Positions 17,488-28,202 of a stretch of 64,000 nt of DNA are shown here, in pieces. A model generated the notes under the pieces. It did no database searches and was not told the DNA's origin. It saw only the letters and a program-made list of their open reading frames with translations. The translations under genes were made by a program, and so were the position numbers. The stretch covers positions 128,001 through 192,000 of the forward strand of contig JAULAX010000015.1 in the NCBI GenBank assembly GCA_032654565.1, given 5' to 3'. Source of the stretch: Anaeromyxobacteraceae bacterium (GTDB lineage: Bacteria; Myxococcota; Myxococcia; Myxococcales; Anaeromyxobacteraceae). Numbering within the stretch: position 1 is the stretch's first letter; the number at the start of each line of letters is the position of its first letter.

Positions 17488-18417
17488 TCAGAGCCGTCCG
17501 CAGGGGCGCCGGAACGGGCAGCGGCGGCAGTGCTCCCGGTCCTCGATCTGGGGGAAGTCCTCCACCCGGGCCACGTTCTTCTCCCGGTCGGTGAGGGCCG
17601 CGCGCATCTCGGCGATCGAGCCGCGCATCAGCTCCCGGCAGGCCTCCAGCGACGCCTCGTCGGCCGCCACGCTGGTCCGCTCGGCCGGGCGGCCGTCGGC
17701 CTGGACCAGGTAGACCAGCCCGCCCACCACCCCGTCCGGCTCGACCTCCCACTTCTGCCGCGCGTAGAGCGCGTAGCTGGCCACCTGGGTGTGGTCCACC
17801 CCGCGCTCCTTGCCGGTCTTCCAGTCGAGCAGGTGGACCCGCCCCTCGGCGTCCCGGTAGGCGAAGTCGACCGCCACCCAGATCTTGGTCCCCTCGAAGA
17901 ACCAGTGGTCGAGCTCGTCGACGCCCAGCCAGCGCTCCCGCGGCGTGCGCCTGATCTCCTCCAGCACCTCCGACCGGTAGAAGGCCCGCAGCGAGCCGTC
18001 CACCACGTCCTCGTAGAGCCGCTTCCAGTCGGCGTCGGCCACCGGCTCGGCGTACTCGTGCTCGGTGAGCCCGACGATCTTCGAGGACTCCCGCCAGTAG
18101 CTCTTGTCGCGCGAGGCGCCGAACTGGGCCCGGGCCTTGAGCCGGGTCTGCTCCAGCAGCCGCTCCAGCGGCCAGAAGTCCCCGGAGACGCGGGCCCGGG
18201 TCAGCAGCTGCTTGATGGCGTCGTGCACCACCGAGCCCGACCACTGCCAGCGCGAGGAGAGCTTCTTCAGCACGTAGAGCTCGCGCACCGGCGAGCCGGC
18301 GGGCGCCGACCAGCCCCCCCAGCTGCCGTAGTAGGCGTCGAAGTAGGCCCGGCGGCACTCCCGGAACTTGTCGTGCCTCGACTTGGACCAGCTGAACTCG
18401 TTCTTGAGGTCGGCCAT
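17488..18417 (-). CDS. PD-(D/E)XK RecB/Cas4-like nuclease with probable Fe-S cysteines
   Basis: FSWSKS...ECRRAY, GSVVHDAI, VDF...LLDWKTG, QxxxY and C-terminal CRRCPFRRPC. Confidence 0.85.
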   Translation of the reverse strand: MADLKNEFSWSKSRHDKFRECRRAYFDAYYGSWGGWSAPAGSPVRELYVLKKLSSRWQWSGSVVHDAIKQLLTRARVSGDFWPLERLLEQTRLKARAQFGASRDKSYWRESSKIVGLTEHEYAEPVADADWKRLYEDVVDGSLRAFYRSEVLEEIRRTPRERWLGVDELDHWFFEGTKIWVAVDFAYRDAEGRVHLLDWKTGKERGVDHTQVASYALYARQKWEVEPDGVVGGLVYLVQADGRPAERTSVAADEASLEACRELMRGSIAEMRAALTDREKNVARVEDFPQIEDREHCRRCPFRRPCGRL

Positions 18418-18565
18418 GAGCGGTGCCGGGCAGTCTAGCCCGACCCGGGACCTGGCGATCCGGCGACGCGCCGGGGGGTCACGTTTCTCCCCGCGGCGCC
18501 TCCTTGAGGGGCGGTGAAATATGGCCGCGGGCTGGCCGTAGCGATCGCCGGAGCACCATCGGAAC

Positions 18566-21169
18566 ATGCGCACGCTGGCCCTCGCGGCCCTCCTCCTCCC
18601 GGCCCTGGCTGGCGCCGCCGCCCCCGGCGCACCGGTCCGCGCCGTCCGGCTCTCCACCCCGCTCGCCATCGACGGCCGGCTCGACGAGCCGGCCTGGGAC
18701 GCCGCCCCGGCCCACGACGGCTTCGTCCAGCTCTTCCCGGAGGAGGGGAAGCCGCCGTCCCAGCGGACCGAGGTGCGCGTCCTCTACGACGACCGCAACC
18801 TCTACGTCGGCGTCCTCTGCCGCGACACCGAGCCGGAGAAGATCCAGCGCCCGCTGGGCCGGCGTGACAGCGCCCCCTTCTCCGACAAGGTGGCGATCTA
18901 CCTCGACTCGATGCACGACCGGCGCACCGCCTACGTCTTCCAGCTCAACGCCGCCGGCGTGCAGTCGGACTGGCTCTTCTACGGCGACGACCAGGAGAAC
19001 ACCGACTGGGACGCCGTCTGGGAGGGCGCCACGGCCGCGGTCACCGACGGGTGGTCGGCCGAGTTCGTGCTGCCGCTCTCCATCTTCCGCTTCTCGCCGG
19101 CCGCCCAGCAGACCTGGGCCATCGGCGTGAAGCGCACTTTGGCCCGCACCCGCGAGGAGCTCATCTCCATCCAGCTCAAGCGGGCGGACCGGGGCGTGGT
19201 GGCCCACTTCGCCGACCTGACCGGCCTGGCCGGGCTGCAGCCGGTGCAGGAGTTCTCGGTCGCTCCCTCCCTGGCGCTGCGCCTCGTGAAACACCCCCAG
19301 TTCAGCGACACCACCCGGCCGCGGCCCCGCCTGCTCGACCCCAGCGGCGACCTCGGAGTGGACCTGCGCGCCTCGCTGGGGCGCGGCCTCTCGCTCCAGG
19401 CCAGCGTGAACCCGGACTTCGGGCAGGTCGAGGCCGACCAGCTCCACCAGAACCTCTCCTCCTTCGAGCTCTTCTTCCCGGAGAAGCGACCCTTCTTCAC
19501 CCAGGGCATGGACCTCTTCCAGGGCCCCACCCCGCACAACCAGCCCTCGCCGCAGCAGCTCTTCTACTCCCGCCGCATCGGCCTGGACGCGCCCATCCTG
19601 GCGGCCGCCAAGCTGACCGGGCGGCTCAGCGACGAGCTGCAGGTGGGGCTGGTGCAGGCGCTGGTGACCGGGGCCGCCGCGCCGGCCGGATCCACCGAGG
19701 ACGCCCCGGTGCGCCGCTATCGCTTCTCCTCGGCGCAGCCCCTCCACTTCGGCCTGGCCGGAGCCTTCCCCTCCGTGGCCCCGGCCACCCGCCTCTTCCT
19801 GGCCGCGGTGGCGCGCTGGCAGCCCGCCCCCACCCTCTCGCTGGGACTCTCCGCCACCGACGCCCTCCCTCTCGACCAGGACTGCACCACCGCCCAGGCC
19901 AACAGCTCCGGCCAGCGGCCCAGCCGCTGCGACGTGCTGGCCGGCAGCGCCCTGGCGCTCGACTGGAACCTGCGCTCGGCCGACTCGGAGTGGTTCCTGC
20001 GTGGCCAGCTGACCGGCTCGCGCTACGCCGGCGGGGCCTACACCGCGCAGGAGGATCCGCTGAGCGGCCTGCCCCTCCAGCGGGCGCGTCGGCGGGTGCT
20101 CTCCGACGGCACCGTGCTCCGGCCCGGCGACCTGGGCTGGGGTGGCTTCGTGGCCTTCGGGCGCAACGGCGGCGAACCCTGGCGGTTCGACGTGGACCTC
20201 GAGTACCAGTCGCCCGGGCTGGACCTCAACGCGGTCGGCTACCAGCGGACCCAGAACGAGGTGCGCCTCCGCCCCATCGCCCGCTTCGTGCGCCCCACCG
20301 GCGGCGGTCCCTTCCACGAGTACGCCTTCCTGCTCGGCGGCGACCTGCGCGCCACCACCGACGGGGCGCTGCGGCGCCGCTCGGCCACCCTCTTCGCCGT
20401 CGCCTCCGGCCAGCTCAGGGGCTTCCATGGCTTCGAGTGCGAGGCCGACCTGGACCTCCCCGGGGACGACGTCCGGGAGATCTCCGGGACCGGCATCGCC
20501 TTCGGCCGCGCCGGCTCCTGGAACGGCAGCTGCAGCGCCTTCACCGACCAGTCGCGGCCGGTCTTCCTCGAGGCCTACGCCGGGGCCGGGCGCAGCCTGC
20601 CGCTGGCCCCGCTGCGCACCGTCTCCTTCCTCTGGGCTGGCGGCCTGGTCTCGGTCCGGCCGCATCCCAGCGTGGAGACCCGCCTGGCCGTTGGCCACGA
20701 GCGCTCCCGCTGGCCGGCTCGCTGGGTGGAGACCGCCGCCTCGGGCGAGCAGCTCTTCGCCGAGCTGGTCGCCCCGGTGGTCTCCATCACCCTGCGGCAG
20801 CAGCTCCTGCTCTCCCCGCGCCTCACCCTGCAGGCCTACGCGCAGCTCTTCGTGGCCAGCGGCCGCTACGGCCCGACCTACAGCGGCAGCGCGCCGGCCG
20901 GCGGCCGGATCCGCAGCGCCGACCTGGTGCCCGGCGGCGTGCCCACGGAGTCGCCCGACTTCCACCACACGGCGCTCAACCTGAGCGCGGTGGTGCGCTG
21001 GGAGTACCGGCTCGGGTCGACGCTCTACCTGGTCTACGCCCGCGCGGCGACCGAGCCCGGACGCGCTGCCGGCGAGCTGCCGGAGTCCGGCCTCGGGCCG
21101 GTCGGCCTGGGGCGCGGTCCGACCACCGACACCGTCCTGGTGAAGTGGACCTGGTACTGGAGCGCCTGA
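18566..21169 (+). CDS. Secreted CBM9-like/DUF5916-type protein, probably outer membrane
   Basis: Signal peptide; IDGRLDEPAW, NPDFGQVEAD, ELFFPEKRPFF and LFYSRRIG; aromatic C-terminal strand. Confidence 0.8.
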   Translation: MRTLALAALLLPALAGAAAPGAPVRAVRLSTPLAIDGRLDEPAWDAAPAHDGFVQLFPEEGKPPSQRTEVRVLYDDRNLYVGVLCRDTEPEKIQRPLGRRDSAPFSDKVAIYLDSMHDRRTAYVFQLNAAGVQSDWLFYGDDQENTDWDAVWEGATAAVTDGWSAEFVLPLSIFRFSPAAQQTWAIGVKRTLARTREELISIQLKRADRGVVAHFADLTGLAGLQPVQEFSVAPSLALRLVKHPQFSDTTRPRPRLLDPSGDLGVDLRASLGRGLSLQASVNPDFGQVEADQLHQNLSSFELFFPEKRPFFTQGMDLFQGPTPHNQPSPQQLFYSRRIGLDAPILAAAKLTGRLSDELQVGLVQALVTGAAAPAGSTEDAPVRRYRFSSAQPLHFGLAGAFPSVAPATRLFLAAVARWQPAPTLSLGLSATDALPLDQDCTTAQANSSGQRPSRCDVLAGSALALDWNLRSADSEWFLRGQLTGSRYAGGAYTAQEDPLSGLPLQRARRRVLSDGTVLRPGDLGWGGFVAFGRNGGEPWRFDVDLEYQSPGLDLNAVGYQRTQNEVRLRPIARFVRPTGGGPFHEYAFLLGGDLRATTDGALRRRSATLFAVASGQLRGFHGFECEADLDLPGDDVREISGTGIAFGRAGSWNGSCSAFTDQSRPVFLEAYAGAGRSLPLAPLRTVSFLWAGGLVSVRPHPSVETRLAVGHERSRWPARWVETAASGEQLFAELVAPVVSITLRQQLLLSPRLTLQAYAQLFVASGRYGPTYSGSAPAGGRIRSADLVPGGVPTESPDFHHTALNLSAVVRWEYRLGSTLYLVYARAATEPGRAAGELPESGLGPVGLGRGPTTDTVLVKWTWYWSA

Positions 21170-21190
21170 GGCCGCGGGGCCCCGCGCCGG

Positions 21191-22429
21191 TCAGCCCGGC
21201 TCGACGCGCATCCCCTTGGGGATGACCACGATGCCGCTCTCGGTGACGTGGAAGCGCCGCCTGTCGGCCTCCAGGTCGTAGCCGATCACGGTGCCGGCCG
21301 GGATCTCCACGTGCTTGTCGATGATGGCCCGGCGGATCTTGCAGTGGCGGGCGATGGTCACCTTCTCGAAGATGATGCAGTCCTCCACCGTCGAGTAGCT
21401 GTTGAGCCGAACCCCGGTGCCGAGGATGGAGTGGTGCACCGAGGTGCCGGAGACGATGCACCCCTCGGAGATGATCGAGTCGGTGGCCTTGCCCACCCGC
21501 CCCTCGGCGGCGTTGTTGAAGACGAACTTGGCCGGCGGGGCGTTGGTGTGCATGGTGTAGATGGGCCAGCGGTCGTTGTAGAGGGAGAAGATGGGGTTGA
21601 CCTCGACCAGATCCATGTTGGCCTGGAAGTAGGCGTCCAGGTTCCCCACGTCGCGCCAGTAGCCACGCTCCCGCTCCGTCTGGTTGGGGATCTCGTTGGT
21701 GGCGAAGTTGTAGACGAAGACGTTCTTGCGCCGGTACATCCCGGTGACGATCGACTTGCCGAAGTCGTGGGCGCTCTGGGCGTCGCCGGCGTCGTTGACG
21801 ATCTCCTGCACCAGCTCCTTGGTGGTGAAGAGGTAGTTGCCCATCGAGGCCAGGCAGCGGGTCGGGTCGCCGGGGATGGTGGTGGGGTTGGCCTTGGGCT
21901 TCTCCACGAAGCCGATCATCCGCCCCTCGCCGTCCACCTCGATGATGCCGAAGTCGTGGGCCTCCTCGACGGGCACCGGGATGGCCGCCACCGTCAGGTC
22001 GGCCTTCCGGTCGGTGTGGAAGTCGAGCATCTGCCGCACGTCCATGCGGTAGATGTTGTCGGCCCCGAAGACGAAGGTGTACTCCGGCTCCTCGTCGGTG
22101 ATGATGTTGAGGTTCTGGTAGATGGCGTCGGCGGAGCCCTCGAACCACTTGGGCCCGTAGCGCATCTGCGCCGGGACGATCTCCACGTACTGGTTGAGGA
22201 AGGCGGAGAGCCGCCAGGCCCGCTGCACGTGGGTGTTGAGCGACTCCGACTTGTACTGCACCAGCACCTTCACCTTGAGGATGCCGGAGTTGGCGAAGTT
22301 GGAGAGGACGAAGTCGATGATGCGGTAGCGGCCGCCGAAGGGGACCGCCGGCTTGGCGCGATCGCGGGTGAGCGGATCGAGCCTCCGCCCCTCACCACCT
22401 GCCAGCACCATCGCCAGGAGCTTTGCCAT
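21191..22429 (-). CDS. glgC: Glucose-1-phosphate adenylyltransferase
   Basis: [47 protein letters not shown] and YWRDVG. Confidence 0.97.
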   Translation of the reverse strand: MAKLLAMVLAGGEGRRLDPLTRDRAKPAVPFGGRYRIIDFVLSNFANSGILKVKVLVQYKSESLNTHVQRAWRLSAFLNQYVEIVPAQMRYGPKWFEGSADAIYQNLNIITDEEPEYTFVFGADNIYRMDVRQMLDFHTDRKADLTVAAIPVPVEEAHDFGIIEVDGEGRMIGFVEKPKANPTTIPGDPTRCLASMGNYLFTTKELVQEIVNDAGDAQSAHDFGKSIVTGMYRRKNVFVYNFATNEIPNQTERERGYWRDVGNLDAYFQANMDLVEVNPIFSLYNDRWPIYTMHTNAPPAKFVFNNAAEGRVGKATDSIISEGCIVSGTSVHHSILGTGVRLNSYSTVEDCIIFEKVTIARHCKIRRAIIDKHVEIPAGTVIGYDLEADRRRFHVTESGIVVIPKGMRVEPG

Positions 22430-22520
22430 GCGTTGACTCCTCCCCGAAGTCGTCCCCGGAATCTAAGGCCGCGCGGCGGGCGCGGCAAGGATCGGGCGGC
22501 GCCCCGGCGCGGCCCCGGCC

Positions 22521-23009
22521 TCAGCGGCTGGGGCGGAGCACCGGGCCGAACCCCGCCTCGTGGGCCAGCAGCCGCCGCTTCACCTCCAGCCCGCCGGCGT
22601 AACCGCCCAGCCGGCCGCCGGCCGCCACCACCCGGTGGCAGGGGACCAGGATGGCCACCGGGTTCCTGGCGTTGGCCGCCCCCACGGCGCGCGCCGCCCC
22701 GGGGTGGCCGAGCGCCTCGGCCAGCTCGCCATAGGTGCGCTGCTCGCCGAAGGGGATGTCGAGCAGGGCCCGCCAGACCATGAGCTGGAACGGGCTGCCC
22801 CGCAGGTCGAGGGCGGGGAGCGGCGGCGGGCGCCCGGCGAAGTACTCGGCCAGCGCCTCGCGGGCCGCCCCGAGGTGGCCGCGGACCAGCGCCGAGACGG
22901 CCGGGCCGGTCGCCCCCTGCTCGCCGAAGACCAGGCCGAAGACCCCCTGCTCGCCGGCCTCGATGGTCAGCCAGCCGAACGGGGCGCGGAAGCGGGCCCG
23001 GCCGCTCAC
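22521..23009 (-). CDS. ogt: Methylated-DNA--protein-cysteine methyltransferase (GTG start)
   Basis: FQLMVWRALLDIPFGE, ARAVGAANARNP, PCHRV and GGYAGG. Confidence 0.93.
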   Translation of the reverse strand: MSGRARFRAPFGWLTIEAGEQGVFGLVFGEQGATGPAVSALVRGHLGAAREALAEYFAGRPPPLPALDLRGSPFQLMVWRALLDIPFGEQRTYGELAEALGHPGAARAVGAANARNPVAILVPCHRVVAAGGRLGGYAGGLEVKRRLLAHEAGFGPVLRPSR

Positions 23010-24100
23010 CCGGGGGCCCCCGGCGGCGGCGCGAAGCGGGCCCGCACCTCGGCGATCTCCCGGTTCACCTGGGCCAGCAGGTCGGCCTTCTCGCGGAAGG
23101 GCAGGAAGGCGCTCTTGAACCCCTGCACCGTCAGGGTGCAGAGGTCGTCGAGCGTGAACCCCAGCTCGCGGTGGGCCAGCAGCAGCTCGCGGGTGCAGGT
23201 GGTGTCGGTGATGAGCCGGTTGTCGGTGCTCACCGTCACCCGCAGGCCGAAGTCGAAGTAGAACTTGAGCGGGTGGGCCGAGAGGCCGGCCACCGAGCCG
23301 GTCTGGACGTTGGAGGAGGGGCACATCTCCAGCGGGATGCGGTGGTCGTTGACGTAGTTGAGCAGGTCGCCGCTCTCCCGCAGCCGGACCCCGTGGCCGA
23401 TGCGGTGGGCCCCGCAGACGTGGACCGCCTGGGCGATCGACTCCGGGCCGTAGGCCTCGCCGGCGTGGATGGTGAGGTTGACGTTGTTGTCGAGGATGAG
23501 CTGGAGCGCCTCGCGGTGGGCGCTGGGGGGATTGCCCTCCTCGGCGCCGGCCAGGTCGAAGCCCACCACGCCCTTCCCCTTGTAGGCCACCGCCAGCTCG
23601 GCCAGCCGCACCGAGGTGACCGGGTCCATGTGGCGGATGCCGCAGATGATGACGTGGGAGCGGATGCCGGTCTCGCGCTTGGCCCGCCGCAGGCCGTCGA
23701 GCACGGCGTCGACGATGGTGGTGGGCTTCAGCCCCTCGCGGGTGTGCAGCACCGGGGAGTAGCGCACCTCCAGGTAGCGGACGTTCTCGGCGGCGCAGTC
23801 GAGGGCCAGCTCGTAGGCGGCCCGCTGCAGCGCCTCCTCGGTCTGCAGCACCGCCAGGGTGACGTCGAAGGCGGTCAGGTAGTCCTCCAGCGAGCCGCAG
23901 ACCTTCCCCTGGTGGATGGCGGCGGCCAGCCCCTCCGGCGTGTCGGCGGGGAGCCGCACCCCCTGCCGCTCGGCCAGCGCCAGGATGGTGCCGAGCCGCA
24001 GCGAGCCGTCGAGGTGGCAGTGCAGGTCGGTCTTGGGGAGGGCGTGGACCAGCGCCTCGGTGACCGGGGCGGCGGCGGCTCGGTGCGGCGCGGCGCTCAT
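23006..24100 (-). CDS. add: Adenosine deaminase
   Basis: LPKTDLHCHLDGS, GFDLAG, TIHAGE, RIGHG, EMCPSSN and STDN. Confidence 0.94.
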   Translation of the reverse strand: MSAAPHRAAAAPVTEALVHALPKTDLHCHLDGSLRLGTILALAERQGVRLPADTPEGLAAAIHQGKVCGSLEDYLTAFDVTLAVLQTEEALQRAAYELALDCAAENVRYLEVRYSPVLHTREGLKPTTIVDAVLDGLRRAKRETGIRSHVIICGIRHMDPVTSVRLAELAVAYKGKGVVGFDLAGAEEGNPPSAHREALQLILDNNVNLTIHAGEAYGPESIAQAVHVCGAHRIGHGVRLRESGDLLNYVNDHRIPLEMCPSSNVQTGSVAGLSAHPLKFYFDFGLRVTVSTDNRLITDTTCTRELLLAHRELGFTLDDLCTLTVQGFKSAFLPFREKADLLAQVNREIAEVRARFAPPPGAPG

Positions 24101-24150
24101 GCGGCCATCTTACGCCCCCGGCGACGGCGGGCGCGTGCCATCATCGGGGC

Positions 24151-24489
24151 ATGACCCGTCGCCTCACCGCGTTCGTCGTCCGCTGGGTGGTCTCCGCCGG
24201 AGTGCTCTGGACCGCCGTGGGGCTGGTCTCGCCGGGCAACGCCGACAACACCTTCGTCCAGGCGGTGGTGATCTCGGCGGTCCTCTCCATCGCCTACTAC
24301 CTGACCCTGGCCAGGTTCCTCTGGTTCCTGCTCCTGCCCTGGCTGCTCTACGCCTTCATCTGGCTGGGCACGGTGATGGCGACCTACGGCCTCGGCCTGC
24401 TGCAGGCCCTGGTGCTGGCGCTCGGCCTGGTCTTCCTCTCCTGGCTGGTGGAGTGGCTGCTGGGGGTGAAGACCTTCCGCTCCGAGTAG
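24151..24489 (+). CDS. Small 4-TM membrane protein
   Basis: Hydrophobic helices and strong GC3 bias. Confidence 0.75.
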   Translation: MTRRLTAFVVRWVVSAGVLWTAVGLVSPGNADNTFVQAVVISAVLSIAYYLTLARFLWFLLLPWLLYAFIWLGTVMATYGLGLLQALVLALGLVFLSWLVEWLLGVKTFRSE

Positions 24490-24556
24490 GCCCCCGGCCC
24501 GCCGGGCCCGGCCCCGCCGCGGCGCGCGCCGACCGGTCGCGGCCGGCGCCCTCCGC

Positions 24557-24898
24557 TCAGCTGGCGGTGATCAGGCTGACCATCTCGTCCTCGGTGAGCC
24601 GGTCCTTGCGGACCAGGTCGAGGGCGTGGCGGAGGGCGTGCACGCCGCGGTCGAGCATCACCTCGGCGTTGGCGTAGTCCCGGTGCAGGATGGAGATGAG
24701 CGCCTCCCGCTCCCAGCTGCTCCAGACGGCGCGGCAGTGGCCCGCCAGCCTGGACCCCGGCCCGGCGTCGGCGGCGATCACCGCCAGGTGGCGGTCGGCC
24801 GACTCGCGCAGCGCCTGGATGGTGGCCCAGGGGCTCTCCACGTGCGGCGAGTAGCGGAAGGCCGGCTTGCTGCCGGGCTGGTGCGTCGCGGTCATCAT
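24557..24898 (-). CDS. Hypothetical protein
   Basis: Fills the gap between genes with coding-like GC3; no recognised motif. Confidence 0.65.
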   Translation of the reverse strand: MMTATHQPGSKPAFRYSPHVESPWATIQALRESADRHLAVIAADAGPGSRLAGHCRAVWSSWEREALISILHRDYANAEVMLDRGVHALRHALDLVRKDRLTEDEMVSLITAS

Positions 24899-24959
24899 GG
24901 AGAAGAGACCGCCCTGGACGGCCGATGTGACCGCGGCGCCCGCCCGGGGGTGGGTCGGA

Positions 24960-26693
24960 TCAGCGCAGCCTGGCCTCGACCCAGCCGCGCAGGGCGTTGA
25001 CCAGCCAGAAACGGCCCGCCCGCCGCAGGTCGGCCTCGGTCAACGTCCGTTCACGCACCTGCCCGCTGGCCAGCAGCTCGGCCCGGAAGACCCCCGGCAG
25101 CAGCCCCGCCTCCCGCGGCGGCGTGAACCGGCCCCCGTCCAGCTCCACCACCAGGTTGGCGATGGTCCCCTCGGTCAGCTCCCCGGCCCGGTTCACCAGC
25201 AGCACGTCGAAGCAGTCGGGGCGCGCCTGCCGGCGCGAATCGTAGAAGCGGCGCGCCGTGGTCTTGTGGTAGCGGCCCGGGTCGGCGGCGTCGACCGGCC
25301 CGGGCGAGAGGGCCACCAGCGCCGGCCCCTCCAGCGGGGGCGGCAGCGCGGCCCGCTCCAGCCGGGGCGTGCCGTCGGGCGAGACCAGCAGCCGCAGCCT
25401 CGCCGCCCCGGCCTCCCGCGCCAGCAGCGCCCGGATGGCGTCGAGCCGGAGCGGCGTGGCGTGGTAGCGGGCCGAGCCGGCCAGCCGCGCCAGGTGGCGC
25501 TCCAGCAGGGCCACCCGCCCGCCCTCGAGCCGCATGGTCTCGAGCAGCGTGGGGGGCTCCGGGTCGAGGTCGAGCAGGGCCGCCTTGGCGCACAGCTCGT
25601 CCCACTCGGCGGCCGGCGTGGAGCCGAAGGTGATGCCGCCGCCGGCGCCGTAGCGGGCGGCCCCGGTGGCGAGATCCACCTCGGCGGTCCGGATGGCGAC
25701 GTTGAAGGCGCAGTCGCCGCCCGGGGCCACCACCCCGGCGGCGCCGCAGTAGGCGCCGCGCGGCGAGCGCTCCTCGGCGGCGATCAGCCTCATGGCGCTG
25801 GCCTTGGGGGCGCCGGTGACCGAGCCGCAGGGGAAGGTGGCGGCCAGCAGCGCCTCCAGCGTCACCGCCGGCGGGAGGCGGGCCTCGACGGTGGAGGTGA
25901 GCTGCCAGACGGTCCGGTAGCGCTCCGGCTCGAAGAGGGCGGTGGCGCGCACCGAGCCCAGCTCGGCGACCCGGCCGAGGTCGTTGCGGAGCAGGTCGGC
26001 GATCATGACGTTCTCGGCCCGCTCCTTCTGCGACGCCGCCAGCGCCCGGGCCGCCGCCTCGTCCTCCTCGGCCCAGCGCCCGCGGCGGGCCGTCCCCTTC
26101 ATGGGCCGGGTCACCACCCGGTCGCCCTGGCGTCGCAGGAAGAGCTCGGGCGAGGCCGACACCACCGCCCGGTCGCCGGTCCGCAGGTAGACGGTCTGCC
26201 CGCCCCCCTGGGCGGCGCGCAGCCTCCGGTAGAGCGCCAGCGGCTCGCCCTCGAGCCGGCCGTGGAGCCGCAGCGTCAGGTTGACCTGGTAGGCGGTGCC
26301 GGCGGCCAGCGCCTCGCGCAGCCGCTCCACCGCGGCGGCGTGGCCGGCCTCGGTGAGCTCCGGCTCCAGCCCCACCAGCCGGGCCTGGGCCGGCCCCCCG
26401 GGCGGCGGGCCGAGCGGCGCGTCGTGCAGGCCGAACCAGCAGAGCGGCCCCGGCCCCGCTTCACGGACAGTGAGGGCGGCGTCGAGGGCGGGGGCGGCCT
26501 CGTAGGCCAGGTAGCCCACCGCCCAGCGCCCGGCCCGGGCGGCGGCGTCGACCGCCCGCAGCGCCGGCCGCACCTCGTCGAGCGTGCGGGCCTCGATGAC
26601 CCGGAGCGGCGCGCCGAAGGCCAGGGGGCCGAACCGGGCGCCGTCCAGCTCGGCGACCGCGTGCACGGGATCGCTCCCACCACTCCCGCTCAT
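24960..26693 (-). CDS. pabB: Aminodeoxychorismate synthase component I fused to a class-IV aminotransferase/ADC lyase domain
   Basis: YQVNLT, SASPELF, PMKGT, KERAENVMIADLLRNDLG and FPCGSVTGAPK, then LLETMR, HKTT-like YHKTT, EGTIAN and GLLPGV. Confidence 0.9.
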   Translation of the reverse strand: MSGSGGSDPVHAVAELDGARFGPLAFGAPLRVIEARTLDEVRPALRAVDAAARAGRWAVGYLAYEAAPALDAALTVREAGPGPLCWFGLHDAPLGPPPGGPAQARLVGLEPELTEAGHAAAVERLREALAAGTAYQVNLTLRLHGRLEGEPLALYRRLRAAQGGGQTVYLRTGDRAVVSASPELFLRRQGDRVVTRPMKGTARRGRWAEEDEAAARALAASQKERAENVMIADLLRNDLGRVAELGSVRATALFEPERYRTVWQLTSTVEARLPPAVTLEALLAATFPCGSVTGAPKASAMRLIAAEERSPRGAYCGAAGVVAPGGDCAFNVAIRTAEVDLATGAARYGAGGGITFGSTPAAEWDELCAKAALLDLDPEPPTLLETMRLEGGRVALLERHLARLAGSARYHATPLRLDAIRALLAREAGAARLRLLVSPDGTPRLERAALPPPLEGPALVALSPGPVDAADPGRYHKTTARRFYDSRRQARPDCFDVLLVNRAGELTEGTIANLVVELDGGRFTPPREAGLLPGVFRAELLASGQVRERTLTEADLRRAGRFWLVNALRGWVEARLR

Positions 26694-26740
26694 CGGTCAC
26701 CCCGAGGAGCGTGGGGGGAGACCGGTTCCGGGCCAGGGTC

Positions 26741-26779
26741 GCCGTGGTCCACGCCGTGGTTCACGGCACGGACCATGGC
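26741..26779. terminator. Nested hairpin downstream of the cytochrome gene
   Basis: GCCGTGGTCC/GGACCATGGC outer stem and GCCGTG/CACGGC inner stem. Confidence 0.45.
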
Positions 26780-26821
26780 ACGGCCGGCGCCCCGACCGCG
26801 ACCGCTGGGGCGCGGAGGGGG

Positions 26822-28189
26822 TCACCAGGTGTCGGCGCCGTGGCAGCCGGTGCAGGCCCGGGTGGCGGGGTTCCAGGCGGTGACCCGGTTGCCGACCTGG
26901 ACCAGGCCGTCGACGTGGGTGGCCAGGTTGACGGTGGTGGTGGTGGAGCCCGGGTGGCAGTCGCCGCAGGAGCGGCTGGCGTGGGTGGGGTGCTGGCCGG
27001 TGGAGGGCGGCCGGCCGTGGCAGGCGCCGCAGGCGGCCTGGGCGCTGCCGCCGGTCCAGGTCGGCGAGGTGTTGCTGCCGCCGGAGAGGGTGGCGCCGTG
27101 GCAGGAGGTGGCCGAGCAGCCGACGCCGTTCCAGAGCGGGTTGGCGCCGCCGCGCCGGGCCGCCGCGCCGAAGGTGACGGTGGGCGTGCCGTCGACGTGG
27201 CCCAGGTCGGCCGGGACGGCGTGGCAGTCGCCGCAGGCCAGCGCCGCGCCGATGGCGCCGCCGGAGAGGTGGCGGGCGTGGGCCCCGACGGCCCGGTCGG
27301 TGCTGGCCACCTGTCCCTGGGTGCCGGCCGGCGGCGCCGCCAGCCTGAGCTGGGCCAGCGTCCAGCCGGAGGTGCGGGTGCCGTGGCAGAAGGTGCAGTT
27401 CGACTGCCAGCCGGCGCCGTGGCAGCTGGCGCAGGAGACCCCGGCGGTGCCGCCGTCGAGGGCGGGGCCGTGGCAGGCCTTGCAGCCGCCCAGCCCCTGG
27501 GCGTTGGCGGCGAAGCCGTGCTGGGCCACGTCGGCCCAGCCGGGCGGGTGGCCGCCGCTGGCCTCCACCGAGCCGTTGATGTGGAAGCCGCCGGCCACGT
27601 CGATGCTGCCATCCGGCTTGACGGTGCGCGGGTGGCAGCTGGCGCAGGTGGTGCTGGTGGCGGCGTGGCTCGGCGGTGGGGCGCCGTGGCAGGTGCCGCA
27701 GGCGGCCTGGGCGGCGCCGCCGGTCCAGGTCGGCGACCGGTTGGTGCCGCCGGCGGCGAGCGTGGCGCCGTGGCAGTAGGTGGTCGAGCAGGAGGCGGTG
27801 GCCGGGTCGAAGCGCGGGGTGGCGCCGTGGCGCAGGGCGAAGTCGGCGCCGCTGAAGACCACCTCGACCACGCCGTTGGCGTGGAGCGGGCTGGTCGGCA
27901 CCGCGTGGCACTCCCGGCAGGCGATGGCGCCGCGGAGCGCGCCGCCGTGCAGGTGGGCGAGGTGGGCGCCGACCCCGGGGGCGGTGGCCGAGCCGGACGG
28001 GCTGACCGGGGGGGCGGCGTTGACCAGCGGATCGACCTCGGTCCGCCGCGGGTCGCCGTGGCAGCCGGTGCAGGCGCTCACCTGGGGGCTGCCGGCGGCG
28101 AGCGGCGTGTCGATGGGGCGCTGCTTGTCGCAGCCGGCGAGCAGGACGGCGGCAAGGGCGAGCGCGACGGTCGACCGGGCGTTGAGCAT
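26822..28189 (-). CDS. Multiheme cytochrome c lipoprotein (11 CxxCH + 2 CxxxxCH)
   Basis: Lipobox LLAGC; motifs counted in the translation; internal duplicated module. Confidence 0.9.
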   Translation of the reverse strand: MLNARSTVALALAAVLLAGCDKQRPIDTPLAAGSPQVSACTGCHGDPRRTEVDPLVNAAPPVSPSGSATAPGVGAHLAHLHGGALRGAIACRECHAVPTSPLHANGVVEVVFSGADFALRHGATPRFDPATASCSTTYCHGATLAAGGTNRSPTWTGGAAQAACGTCHGAPPPSHAATSTTCASCHPRTVKPDGSIDVAGGFHINGSVEASGGHPPGWADVAQHGFAANAQGLGGCKACHGPALDGGTAGVSCASCHGAGWQSNCTFCHGTRTSGWTLAQLRLAAPPAGTQGQVASTDRAVGAHARHLSGGAIGAALACGDCHAVPADLGHVDGTPTVTFGAAARRGGANPLWNGVGCSATSCHGATLSGGSNTSPTWTGGSAQAACGACHGRPPSTGQHPTHASRSCGDCHPGSTTTTVNLATHVDGLVQVGNRVTAWNPATRACTGCHGADTW

Positions 28190-28202
28190 GACCTGGATCA
28201 AT

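Noticed and set aside
26776..26791. TGGCACG-N4-GCGC sigma54-like motif
   Set aside because: Points antisense into the cytochrome 3' end and is part of a hairpin
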